This document shows, one piece after another, positions 24,724 to 52,061 of a stretch of DNA of 64,000 bases. The stretch is taken from NCBI GenBank assembly GCA_002269645.1, contig NIVC01000349.1, positions 596,849-660,848 of the forward strand, given 5' to 3'. The translations under genes and the position numbers were made by a program. Below the pieces are notes generated by a model, which saw only the letters and a list, made by a program, of their open reading frames with translations, was not told the origin of the DNA and did no database searches. Source of the DNA: Macrostomum lignano (taxonomy: Eukaryota). How positions within the stretch are numbered: position 1 is the stretch's first letter; the number at the start of each line of letters is the position of its first letter.

Positions 24724-25090
24724 ACAACAACAACAACAACAACAGAGTACGCTGCCAGTTCACAAAAGCAGCGTCAGATGGCGCGCTTCAAAGCTTGGGC
24801 GCGAACAAAAGCCGCACCGCCGGCAGAGTCCGGGGCGCCGGCGTCAGCCAGCAGACAGTCGACGTAGCGCCGAGTCTTCGCCTGTCCCCGCCGGTAGGGT
24901 GCCTGCAACGAAAGTAGCAGCACCTCCTGCACCGGCTCCGGACAGTAGGCCTCGGCGCGGATGACGTGGCCTGCCAGCTGGAGTCGCCGACGGCGCAGCA
25001 GATCGCTAGGACGGGCCAGGCCGGCGCGATGATAGAGCGCCGTGTTGGTGACTCGCTCGATGCCGATCTTGAAGGCGGCGCGGATATGAA
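24724..25090 (-). mobile_element. Second RTE 3' fragment with (TTG)n tail, tail-to-tail with the first
   Basis: LYHRAGLARPSDLLRRRRLQLAGHVIRAEAYCPEPVQEVLL is homologous to the + strand copy and ends in a (TTG)n microsatellite tail (+ strand CAACAACAA at 24724-24743). Confidence 0.85.
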
Positions 25091-25334
25091 ACATAAACAT
25101 CTTACTGACCTGTTCATCCTGTCCTCTGTCAGTAAAGTGGCTGAAGATTAAATTTGTTGCAGACATCTGTAGCATCCACTATATTAAGATACTTAGCAAA
25201 ATTTTAGTACCGTATTACGAGTACACAACCTACAGTCATTGTTGCTGTAGAAGATTGTACAATCTTGTTAAACTCTGCATACAAAAATAGCCAGCCAACA
25301 AATAGACAGATTTATCTCTTCGCCCCTGCCTTTT

Positions 25335-25545
25335 AGAGCTAGAGTTGCCTTTCTAGAGCTAGAGTTGCCTTTCTAGAGCTAGAGTTGCCTTTCTAGAGCT
25401 AGAGTTGCCTTTCTAGAGCTAGAGTTGCCTTTCTAGAGCTAGAGTTGCCTTTCTAGAGCTAGAGTTGCCTTTCTAGAGCTAGAGTTGCCTTTCTAGAGCT
25501 AGAGTTGCCTTTCTAGAGCTAAAGTTGCCTTTCTAGAGCTAGAGT
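25335..25545. repeat. 20-bp tandem repeat
   Basis: Unit AGAGTTGCCTTTCTAGAGCT, about 10 copies. Confidence 0.95.
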
Positions 25546-26336
25546 TGCCAGCACCAGAGGCACCAGCACCAGAGGCGCCAGCACCAGAGGCGCCAGCACC
25601 AGAGGCGCCAGCACCAGAGGCGCCAGCACCAGAGGCGCCAGCACCAGAGGCGCCAGCACCAGAGGCGCCAGCACCAGAGGCGCCAGCACCAGAGGCGCCA
25701 GCACCAGAGGCGCCAGCACCAGAGGCGCCAGCACCAGAGGCGCCAGCACCAGAGGCGCCAGCACCAGAGGCGCCAGCACCAGAGGCGCCAGCACCAGAGG
25801 CGCCAGCACCAGAGGCGCCAGCACCAGAGGCGCCAGCACCAGAGGCGCCAGCACCAGAGGCGCCAGCACCAGAGGCGCCAGCACCAGAGGCGCCAGCACC
25901 AGAGGCGCCAGCACCAGAGGCGCCAGCACCAGAGGCGCCAGCACCAGAGGCGCCAGCACCAGAGGCGCCAGCACCAGAGGCGCCAGCACCAGAGGCGCCA
26001 GCACCAGAGGCGCCAGCACCAGAGGCGCCAGCACCAGAGGCGCCAGCACCAGAGGCGCCAGCACCAGAGGCGCCAGCACCAGAGGCGCCAGCACCAGAGG
26101 CGCCAGCACCAGAGGCGCCAGCACCAGAGGCGCCAGCACCAGAGGCGCCAGCACCAGAGGCGCCAGCACCAGAGGCGCCAGCACCAGAGGCGCCAGCACC
26201 AGAGGCGCCAGCACCAGAGGCGCCAGCACCAGAGGCGCCAGCACCAGAGGCGCCAGCACCAGAGGCGCCAGCACCAGAGGCGCCAGCACCAGAGGCGCCA
26301 GCACCAGAGGCGCCAGCACCAGAGGCGCCAGCACCA
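25546..26336. repeat. Near-perfect 15-bp tandem repeat (~52 copies)
   Basis: Unit GCACCAGAGGCGCCA. It is stop-free in several frames (PAPEA, GAGAS, VLAPL, WCWRL), with no ATG-initiated GAGAS or PAPEA frame. Confidence 0.95.
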
Positions 26337-27066
26337 TCTTCCAATCAAAGAACCTCAGATTTGCAGAGGGGTCTATGCACTCGCAAGCGAATCCAGAGTT
26401 ATGGTTGCAACAGATGTCCATAAGTTGTCCGAGTTTGTTCCTTCAAATGCAGTTTTCGTAAGCTCGACCTGATGGTTTATTCACGTAAAACAGACTTTCA
26501 GGACCATGCTGTTGCTGTTTTAAGACATTGTTTTAAGCGCATTTTCAAACTAATATTATTATTAATGTTGCTGGTATATAAGCGCAAATATATGCCTATT
26601 CATTGCATGTTCTGCGGAGTTCTTCTGCTATGATGGTGTCTCCTGCGTGAGAGGCAAAAAACCTGCTATATTTAAAAGGACACCACTTGTCAACACAACT
26701 GACTATTCAAGGTGAAATTCTTCACCTGTCCATATTCATTCGTCAATCAGATGTCAATCAGTGATCCAGTATTTAGTAATCATAAAATTTACTTGAACTT
26801 GAACTTGAACTTTACTCATAATGATGACAAAACTAAAGATTCTACTGGGATAAGTAGCGGATAGGGCGAATATGCTGAAAAATTTGAGTTTTTTTCGAAA
26901 AAAGGATTGACATGAAGTTTTGCTACTGGAAATGTCACTGCACTACTTGCAATGCTGCTACTGTTTTCTAAACTAAAAACCTATTTTAATTGCCTAAAGC
27001 ATAAAGTTTCTGAAACATTCTTTGTTTTCTTGTAGCAGTTTTGCACATTGGTTCGCCTCAGCGGCT

Positions 27067-27210
27067 TCAGTCTGTGGTTGCTGCTTGAGCACTGCTGAGG
27101 GAATTCTTTGAGCAGCGGCAGGCGAGACAACGCAGTTCTTTTATGTCATCGGCTCGCTGATCCTCCAGTCTTTGCAGCCGGACATGCTGCCTGCAAAACA
27201 ATAGATAGAT

Positions 27211-27276
<66 letters not shown>

Positions 27277-30200
27277 CACCCACCTAGCCAGAGCCTCATC
27301 AAGCTCTGAGTGCACTTCAGCCAGCGCATTTCTCGTATGCGACTTCAGCACGTCAGCATCGGACCGATTTGCCTCCAGTTGCCGCGACAGACCCGGGCGC
27401 GAGCGCCGAAATTGCGTCGCCTGGAACTCCAGGAAGTCGATGTACTTCTGCGGATAGTCCGATTCTTTCAGCCACCAGCTCTGCGGGAATAATTTTTCGG
27501 GATTGGCGGTATAGGCAATCAAAATAGACAAATATAGAAACGTTAAAAGACTTTAAATTGCTCAGAAACCTTAGCCTTGCTTTCGTCGTCAGTTCGATTC
27601 ATCCGACGGCACTTGGCGCACTGTTGAGCCAATTTGAAGGGGTAGTAGACAAAGGACAGCGGCGGCACTGGACCGGACCGCTTGTACTCGAGCAGCATGT
27701 AAAAGTAGGATCTGCGCCAGATGCCTCGCGCTTTACTAGACATAATGCTCACGCGTAGGTTGAAAAGCGCAATGAGCAGGTTGAGCATGACCAGGTTGCA
27801 CACCAGCAGGAAGGTGTAGCGAGCGAAGTGCTCAAACACCGGATATCCAGTCGGATGTGCGGCCTCGCTACTCATCGACTGATTGATTTTGTCAGCCTTG
27901 GCCGCGGTCAGGTCCTCCGGGAAGTCGGTGAAGAGCAGCTTCAGGGGCATAGTGTACACCTGAACGAAGACATCAATAGCATAAGTGGCCGAGCTCGTCT
28001 CCGATGCCGGCGCTGTCACCACGGGGAACAGCAGATTGAAGAAGAACACGCCAAATGAGTACACGATGACCAGAATGATGCCAAGAAACGGCAGCAGGTC
28101 TCGGATGAGCAGGTGCTGCAGCATGGTGATCACTGGCCCGATTAGTTCCGAATAGCTCAGGAAGGACACGGAACGGAACCCCCAGAGCAAGTAGGATGTA
28201 CTTAAAACCATTTGACAGGTGTAGACAGTTGGGTGTGTCGGATTGTCCTGGATCGCAAGTTTCCAAACAATCCCTAACCACATGAACACCAGAGCTAAGC
28301 AGTCGAAGTAGTTGAAAATATCTAGGAAATATTCCGGAAAGCTGCATGTTCGCTTGCAGCGCCTCGAGTGCCACTGGCGGGGGCGCAGGCTTCGAAAAAA
28401 GTCGTTGACCTCGTGAGCAGTCAGTGACAGCGTGTACAGGAGTAGAACAATATCGGACCAAACATTCAGAAAGGTAGTCTTAAAGTCGATGATGTACCAG
28501 GAAAAGTAGATTAGAAACAGGGCGAATCCGAAAAGATGAATGTAAAACTTGGCCTTCGGTGACGCCGCCTTGGTTTTGGCTTGCTCCGAGCGACCCTCCC
28601 ATTCTTGTTTCACCAACTCGTACATGCAGTCGGTGGCGAACAGGTCGTTGCAGTCCGCCTCCTTGATCAGTTCGAACAGCGTCTGGTAGGGGGCAACCTC
28701 GTCATCGCTCTTGTTCGGCCGTCGAGGTGAACAACACGTTGACTGCACGTTAGCACAGGCGCAACTTCGCGAGGCACTAGCGAGTTGTCTGGTGGGAAAC
28801 CGAGGCCCAGAGCTTAAACTGTCCTCTGCCTTAATGCCGCCTAAAATATAACTAAACAAAAGATTCTTCTGCGTTTGGTCCGCATTCACGAACAGCTCGT
28901 CCAATGCGTTCACCGCGATGCAGACGGTGGCGCTGTGCAGCCGCCTCAACTGCTCGTGCCGGCCCTTATTGCTGATAATCTTCGGCTTAATCTGGATTAG
29001 CAGAGTAACGCAGGCGGGTATCAACTGAAACTGCCTGGTCAGGATCAAATCTGGCAGAACTTCTACGACTCGTAGCTTTTCAAAGTGCAAGCAAAAATTT
29101 ATAATGTGCATCTCGGATGTTTCGTCCTTTTTCAGTTCGTCAATACCATTCTCTCCTTTGGGTTCTTTGAGAAGGAATTCTTCGAGTTCCTTCTTTGAGA
29201 AGCTCTCCAGCTCAGTTTGCTGAGCTCCCAGCTTCAAAAGTTGGGTGATGAAGTCTAGAAAGCTATTTTCTGTACTAGGCGAAATCAGACCAAGCCGAAT
29301 CCCGCTGCGAAGAATCTTTGAGGAGTCCAGATGGAGCGCTCGTAGCAGAATCTTTAGATCAGTCCTGCCGCTAGTTTCTTCCGTGTTGAGGATGCCCGCG
29401 TCCCGCTGTATCGTCACTCGCATCGTTTCGTCTGCAATTGAAGCCAGCAGGTGGCGAGCTGTAGACCGGTCGGGCAGCTTCAGCGACCGGTTAACGGGAT
29501 CCACAAGCCGCAGCAGGTCGATCCGTTGCACCCCCGGCAAACCAAATATGACATTCTTCTTGCCCTTGTCGTAGCCGAAGTCGATGCAGGACTGACCATC
29601 CTGGGTTTTCTCCGCCAGCCACAGGCCGCACTTCATCAGGTATTGCATGTTCTCCTCGTGACCGGCTTCGCAGGCAAAGTGTAAACTCGTGGCACCTTTG
29701 TTCGGGCCCTTGGCCACAGTAAGCTGGAGCATTTCTGTTAACTGCATGTCAGATAGTTCGGAGAGCGACTGGGCCAATTCCTCCAAGTTGTACCGACCTG
29801 CAAAAGCGTGAACGGCATGGACACCGTCGGAATTAGTTGGAGCCTTTTGAAAAAACTTCTTCAGCTCTGCATCTGCGGCAGCTTTGCTGAGAATATCGAT
29901 AAAAATGTTTGAGGCGATGATTGAGCCATGAAGACAGGTCTGCCCCATATTGTTCTCAGCTTTCATATCGACTCCAGCCTTGATTACTTCGTTCAGCGTA
30001 GCGAAGAACTCATCTGTAGACTGCTCTCGGCTGTCATTGAGGAAGACAGCATGGGCTAAGGTGTTCTTGTCAACGTCAAGCCGTTCAAACTCTTTGCCAG
30101 CCGAGTCACCCTGAATAATAATGCCGCCGCTATTCCAGCCAATGCAAGCGTAGAAGAGCATATTTCTGTCTGACGCATCTACAAACCTCACATTTTCTTG

Positions 30201-31649
30201 GATCAACGATTTTTCTAAAAACGGCTGGCTGCTTGCATGCCTCATAGCCAGGTGCAGCACTGTCTGGTCGTGCCTGTTTGTCCACAGCCAGCAGTTGTCG
30301 CTCAAACTGGAAGCCGCGGCTTCAATGACTTCATGACGCCCGCACTGAGCTGCATAGTGCAGGCAGGTGTTTCCGTCCTGATCGCGTAGCTTAATAACGG
30401 CCGCTTTGGCTTTCCTGACCAGTTTAACTGCCATTCCTTTGCTGCAATGCCGAACTGCCAGATGCAGCACTGATTGGCCTGTCTTGTTTTGCGATCGAAG
30501 ACAAGCCGCATTAGTCTCTGTCACCAGTGCGTCAATCTTCTTATCGCAATCAACCTTCGACAGGACCGCAAAATGAGCGTTCCGGTTTCCGTCGTTGTCA
30601 GCTTGATTCAGTATGTCCAGTCCGGCATCTTTAAACTCGTCCCTCAGCGATTCGACAGTTTGAAATCGGCAAGTCTTCAGCACAAGGTGCCACACGAGCT
30701 CGCCCCTGAAGTTGCGCATTAGCAGGCACATTTTACCGGCCACTTTTACGATTTCAATTATTACAACATCGTTGCCATCCTTCATGGCCGCATAATGAGC
30801 GCATGTGTTGCTATTGCTGTCTCGGAGGCTAATAATATTCAAGCCGGCTATTCTAATGAGCTTCTTTGACGTGTCTGGACCGCAGTACTCTAATACAATA
30901 TGCAGCACAGACTCTTTGTGATTATTATTCAAAGACAAGATTTTCTGTCTGTTGAGCAGTTGAGACACCGCGTTGTCATCTGTGCCTCTCTTTGCGACAT
31001 AGTGAGCCCAGCTGTTGCCCTCTTCATCTGTCAGATCCTGGGCCGAGCCCGCCTGGTCTAGAAGCGGCTGCAGCTCAGAACCTGCCGCATTCAGTAAGCC
31101 GATGTGCAGAACCGGTTGACCTTTGGCATTTTGCCAAGCCAAGCATTGAACTCCAATACAATCTACTGGCACTTTGATTGCATCCTTGTGCTCAATGTTC
31201 GAGGCTGCATAGTGAGGTACCGTATTGCCAAACTTGTCCTCCCTCTCTAAATACGCGGCTGGCTTGGATACACCAGCCAGGATTTCGTGCAAATCGTCCG
31301 CGGTTTGCTTGGCAGCGGCCAGATGCAGCGGAGTGATTTGCAAGCAATCGGCCGTCTCCAGACACCGATGGCCAGAGCGCTTAATTATCCGCTTGAGCAG
31401 GCCTGCACCCTGGGGGCTCAGCGCGGCATAGTGCGCCGCTGTCCGCTCGTCGGAGTCCTGCTCTAGCGGCACGTTTTGCTTGAGCTTTGCGGCCAGTTCG
31501 CTGGCAGCACTGAACTGACCTCGCTTCGTTAGGGCTAGTAGGTGACGGACATCTGAGCTGTCGATCTCGATTGGCTCATCGACCTCGGCTAGACGGCGGC
31601 TGTCGATCAGCTTTAACAGGTCGATCACGTCAATGCTGTTGCCAGCCAT
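27067..31649 (-). CDS. Ankyrin-repeat TRP cation channel, 3 exons, ~1466 aa
   Basis: Exons 31649-27570, 27480-27284 and 27190-27067 (phases 0 and 2; total 4401 nt in frame). Many ankyrin repeats (TPLHLAA, TSLHFAC) are followed by six hydrophobic helices, YFLDIFNYFD, S6 LNLLIALF, a TRP-box-like IWRRSYFYMLLEY and a C-terminal helical tail. Intron 2 holds a (GATA)n tract. Confidence 0.88.
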
Positions 31650-31840
31650 AATCTATATTTGCATTAACATTATTGCGAATACGCAAATGAAAAAAAATTA
31701 GGAAATTTTATAATGGCAAGTTTAATTTTAATTTTTTTAAGTTAGGAACTTTTAAGTTAGAAGAGCAAAAAGTATAGTAAAGATAAAAGATAAAGTGTCT
31801 CAAGTGGACGATTAGTGGGCAGTAGCGGAGACGTAGGCAT

Positions 31841-32881
31841 GTGATAAGAGTATTACAGCCACCCTCCATTCCAGATACCAGTAGTCAAAGCGAGGTGGCA
31901 TCAACGTCAGCCGAGGTTACCGGGCAGGGCCATTCACTACGGTGCCAGGCGACCCAAGACAACGAGATCACACGACTTTTGGGCGAGATAAAGCGACGTT
32001 TGACAGTCGAAGTCAGTGCTGACGAGCGTGAACTGATCTCCTGTAATCACCCCGACTCAACCTAGCTAAAATAGCTGATACCAAATAATCTATATTGTCC
32101 CGTAGCAACCAGCTAGTTTAATGTAAAAATGTAGCTGCGTCTGTTTATTTGTTTATTTGAACCCTGCTGTTGTTAACCAACAAGGGAATCCACCGCCTCC
32201 AGCCACAGGGAGTGACGTGCCCTGGACGTTCTATTATTCATTTACGCTAAAGGCACGGAAAGACAGCAAGGAGATTGAACAGCCTCCAGTGCTCAAGTAC
32301 GACCACAGTTTGTACTTGTTGCGTCGGTGGTTGTTGAATATTCAAGGCCAATCTCTAGGCTCTTATTATTTCTTAATTACAGTAGAGCCTGCGATTAGCG
32401 ATTAGCCAAAGTTGAACTGCCATAGACAAATGTACAGAATTGTAAAATTACTTAAGGCACACACAAGTTAACCAGCTGGAGCAGGGTTTAACCACTTTTC
32501 AACTCTTGTTATACGTCGATCTTGACGAAATTGATTTGTCGTTCGACCAATTCTTTATGGATATGGAGTCAGCTCAAGTTGCGACATGAGTCAATAGCGA
32601 TGAAGCACCGGCCTACGAAACCGCTTGATAATAATACTGACGGTTGGAGATCTACAACATCTGGACGACACCTGGAAGGTTCGAATTATGGCTGAGACTC
32701 CTCAGTGATGGCGCTGACCCTAGAACTAATTCGTCTGTTTGTCTCCAGTTCTCAACAGATTGACGTTCGCGTTGAACCTCTTGGGTAGACAGGTCAGGAT
32801 ACTGTACCACCTGCTGAGAAAAACAGGTTCTGTCGACAAGGTGGAGATTGAGAGGGTTGTAGTGTTTTTCAAGCGATTGTA
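31841..32881 (+). pseudogene. Possible small multi-exon gene or remnant, unidentified
   Basis: Several protein-like GC-richer segments: 31841-32065, 32157-32405, ~32490-32680 (...PLDIILTVGDLQHLDDTWK|gt) and a last-exon-like 32759-32881 (ttctcaacag|...LTFALNLLGRQVRILYHLLRKTGSVDKVEIERVVVFFKRL*) followed by AATAAA at ~32892. No start codon or consistent full model was found. Confidence 0.3.
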
Positions 32882-33669
32882 GTAAAAATTCAATAAATGT
32901 AGCTTAAAGCCAATTGATCAAACTGTTATTTGCTATTATCTTGTTGCCATTTAGTATAAAAAACATGTTTGCCTTCGTGAAGACAGCCCAGTGCATGTAC
33001 GAGCTATGCCAACAAGCCCATTTTCTAGATAATGCTATAATAAGCGGACCATTATACGAGCTTCTTTGGTGTAAGTGAAGTTTACGCGTTTATTTAAAAA
33101 ATTCATTTGACCGCGCCAAATAAATGATCAATTAGACAAATAATACAAACAAATAAGCCATAAGAAAGTACTCGAACAAATGAAAGCAACTAAATATTAT
33201 GTTCTAGAATAGCGAAAAGTTCAAAGTGAAGACAAATAAACAATCGTTTTCCGACACCTCACAAATCACGGAACTCACCAGTTGTCGTGAACTATCACTA
33301 CCAAGCACACCTTCAGACCAGAGCTTCTTTTTGATGCTAGATGGAACAGGTCCTGCACAACGCAATCCACTACCCTTTCCAGTACGGGTACTCAGCTCCA
33401 CCAAAGTATCTATAGCGCGCGTCGGCTCTCGTTGAATTTCACGTCATTCCAGAAGCATGCTGACAAAAATCCTTCAACGTAAAAGCGTCATAGCGATCAC
33501 CACGCGCTTATTTCAGATCTCTAAGATAAACCACTTAAGAACGTAGTTGAGATCGTCTCGGATAGATCGGTCTACACCACCAAAATCGGTTTATGTTCTG
33601 CCTTAGCCCAGCAAATCTTCTTCTCATGCCACGATCAAAAGATTTATACCATCCATTTACCCAGAACAG

Positions 33670-34910
33670 AAATTGTTCACCTCTTTATAAACATCCGTCC
33701 ATCAGCTGTCACCAACCGTGTTATCCAGTTTTGCCTAAATTACTAGATTTCTATAAGCAAATACGCTTGTAAGCAATCTTTATTCATATACAAACTGATG
33801 GCAGAATCATAGCTTCTACTGGAATAAGTAGGGGGCAGGGCAAATATGCCGAAAGATTTGAGTTTTTCCGAAAAAAGAGGATTGACAAGAAGTTGTTCTA
33901 CTGGAACTGCCACTGCTCTTCTTGCTGTGCTGCTACTGTTCTAAACTAGAAACCTGTTTTGATTGCTGAAACATTCTGTCGTAACCAGGGTCGGTTTAGG
34001 TGCCCAGTCCCCAGTACAATATGTTATACGTAATATAACAGGCGCAGTGACCCTCTGTCAGGTACTTCTATACATGTAGATACGAGCAGGCGTGACGACG
34101 CTCTGCGATAATAGGTCGCTCCGTCTGGTGTTGTGACACTCAGAGTTCACGCTGCAGCTCGAGGTGTGGTGACACTCTCGAGTGCTTCTAGTTTCGATAC
34201 TTTAGGCCAGGGTGTACACACTATATAAAGTAAGCGGTACAGTACTACAATAATACACAATATACTACTCTGCTGTGCTGCAGTGATCACAGTTGCAGGC
34301 GTGATGACGCTCTAGCTATGGAACCACTGCTACGGCAAGACCTCGGAAAAGCTAAAGAAGCGAATGAACTCGGGGTCTTACTGGTGCCAGAAGCTGTGAG
34401 GCTCGTTCGAATATCGCTACCACTTGACCGATTTATTTGCTCGCAATTAATTGAGTCCTCGCAGAAAGAGACCGTCTAGAAAGAGAAGAGCTAGGAGCGG
34501 GGCGCGGAGCGGTGGGGAAGCTGGCTGGGCAAGGGCTTAAGCACCATATACCACTTAAACAGGGTAGAGAGGCAGACAGCGTGAGAGAGAGAGAGAAACG
34601 CCAAACAAAAGAGACGACCCGTCAGCCAATCAGCGTGCCCGCCGAGCAGATCTGATTCAATAGGGGCTAGAGCGAAAGGCGCAAACTCACAGGCCCAGCC
34701 AATTAGAGGCCGCCGCGGGGAAAGACTCAAGCCGCGCCGGGAGACTCCCAACCAACCAGAACTGGTCCGGGGATGGCCGCCTAGGGCGCACGCAAAAACC
34801 TAAAAAAGTGCAGACGGTGCCAGACACCATAATTCTTTGTTTTCTTGCAGCAGTTTGCACAGTGGTTCGCCTCAGCGGCTTCAGTCTGTGGTTGCTGCTT
34901 GAGCACTGCT
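33670..34910 (-). other. Diverged duplicate of the TRP gene 3' end and 3' flank (26715-27096), split by an insertion
   Basis: 33808-33976 aligns to 26843-27020, and 34832-34910 is nearly identical to 27017-27096 (last TRP codons). It is followed directly by (GATA)n. Confidence 0.8.
33977..34826 (-). mobile_element. Solo-LTR-like insertion (~850 bp)
   Basis: It interrupts the duplicated TRP flank exactly and has TGTC...GACA ends. CCAAT-like and TATA-like motifs are present. The TSD is not clean. Confidence 0.45.
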
Positions 34911-34911
34911 T

Positions 34912-35287
<376 letters not shown>

Positions 35288-35719
35288 GGCAATGCAGGCC
35301 CTCTTCCCTACCCTCGCCTCTCCCTGACAGAACTACTCCAATAATTCAACACACAGCAAGTAAAAGTTGCTCATGGAAAGTGCAAAAACACAATACTTTT
35401 GAAGCTTTGGTAGGAACTGTGGCTGAGTTGGTCCCACACCGTTTCTAGACCCCAATTAGTCTCCTACAAGTGATATTCAGAGCGCAAGCAAGGTGTACAA
35501 TTGGGAGTCTTTTGTTGACTAAAGTGAGAGCTGTAGCCTGAGTTAACCTCTCCGCTGCCAGCTTTGTACTTCGCTTGGGGTAAGGAAGACAGGAGAGAGA
35601 AAGGGACTTCGGGCGCGGGTTCAAGGATTCTATTTAGAGCTAGAGTATAGATTGGATGAAACAAAAATTAAATGTACTCGTCTTGTTGCTTGACTAATTG
35701 GACCACAGTTTATGCCGAT

Positions 35720-36120
35720 TTGACAGCAGCTTTAGCGCCAATTTAACAGCTGCTTTGGCGCCAAGTTGACAGCAGCTTTAGCGCCAATTTGACAGCAGCT
35801 TTGGCGCCAAGTTGACAGCAGCTTAGCGCCAATTTGACAGCAGCTTTAGCGCCAATTTGACAGCAGCTTTAGCGCCAATTTGACAGCAGCTTTAGCGCCA
35901 ATTTGACAGCAGCTTTAGCGCCAATTTGACAGCAGCTTTAGCGCCAATTTGACAGCAGCTTTAGCGCCAATTTGACAGCAGCTTTAGCGCCAATTTGACA
36001 GCAGCTTTAGCGCCAATTTGACAGCTGTCTTGGCGCCATCTTGACAGCTTTTTGACGCCAATTTTGACAGCTTTTTGGCGCCAATTTTGACAGCTGTTTT
36101 GGCGCCAATTTGACAGCTTT
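35720..36120. repeat. 23-bp minisatellite
   Basis: Unit GACAGCAGCTTTAGCGCCAATTT. Confidence 0.93.
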
Positions 36121-36664
36121 CAAATTGCAAGCGCCTTTTGTAGAATCCTTTCTATATGCTAAAAATGTTAAATTCTAAAATTTCCTGCCAAAAATAAGGA
36201 GAAAAAATCCCATTCCTGATTGCTTCTGTTGGTTCTCCATGGCTCCTTGGGGAGGCGGGGCTGAGGACACACGGAACAGGCATCCCCTCTTCTCTTCCTC
36301 CGCTGCAGACCCGATTTCATTGGCTGACGCGAAAGCTATTCTTGTTCCTACGTCTTCTCCTGAACAGGCCCACCCTTGCATACCTTCAGCTCGTGAATAA
36401 AAAGTTAAACCAGAAAGCCAGAAGAGACAAAGGTAAACGAACTTTACACCTATACACATAGCTATCGAGAGACTGCTTTCGTATAAAAAACCCGCAGATT
36501 TGATTACGTAATCGTTAAAAGCGTTTCTTGGTCTTTGGACAAGTCGCCCGATCGAGAAACCTGAGACCATGTAAACCATTGAGCAACTCGAGAATATCAT
36601 TAAAGAAAACCTCATTATCATTATTAGGACGCGAGCTTTGAAGAGTTGGCAAACTCGACTCGAA

Positions 36665-51459
<14,795 letters not shown>

Positions 51460-52061
51460 GCTCGTTGAATCTAAGAGTTAAACTACTGCGAGTAGAATAC
51501 AAGGAAAATGCAAATCCGTCTAGTCCTTTGTAAGCGATCGCTTCTCTAGCTAGTGCCTTTTTAGGCGAATGCGTCCGTCATAAACTTTTGTTCATTCTAG
51601 CTCGCTAAGTTTCAGCTCGTAATCTTATTGAAAGTCACAATTTTCAAATTCAAACTTTGTACAGTTTTGAGTTCAAATTATGTTATTAGCTAAAAAAATA
51701 AACAAGCAATTCAGCACACACAATGCAGCTTTGTCACTTAACAATCACTGGTCTGTAATTTCCAGCCCATCATGCTTCGAAAGCAAAAAAATAAATGATT
51801 TAGTTCTTTTTATTTGCTTTTTAAAAGTAAAAATTTATGATAGGTTCTTTAAAAGAAAAGAAAACAGTTTCTCTAAAGAAGGTTAAATTTGATGTTTAGA
51901 CATGATGATTGAGTTTCTTTAGATTTCCATCGAATAAGGAATAAACTTTATGAAGCTACTGAAGTTTTCCGAACTTGAATAGTTGTCAAGGGTGCCGCTC
52001 CACTTTCTGAGCAAACACTGACAATGCTCCGAGTCAGCAGTTCCTCAGTTCCTCAGCCCAG

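Noticed and set aside
32490-32881. Possibility that the unexplained + strand exons encode a STING-like receptor for the cGLRs
   Set aside because: I could not match any STING cyclic-dinucleotide-binding motifs by eye. An HMM search would be needed.
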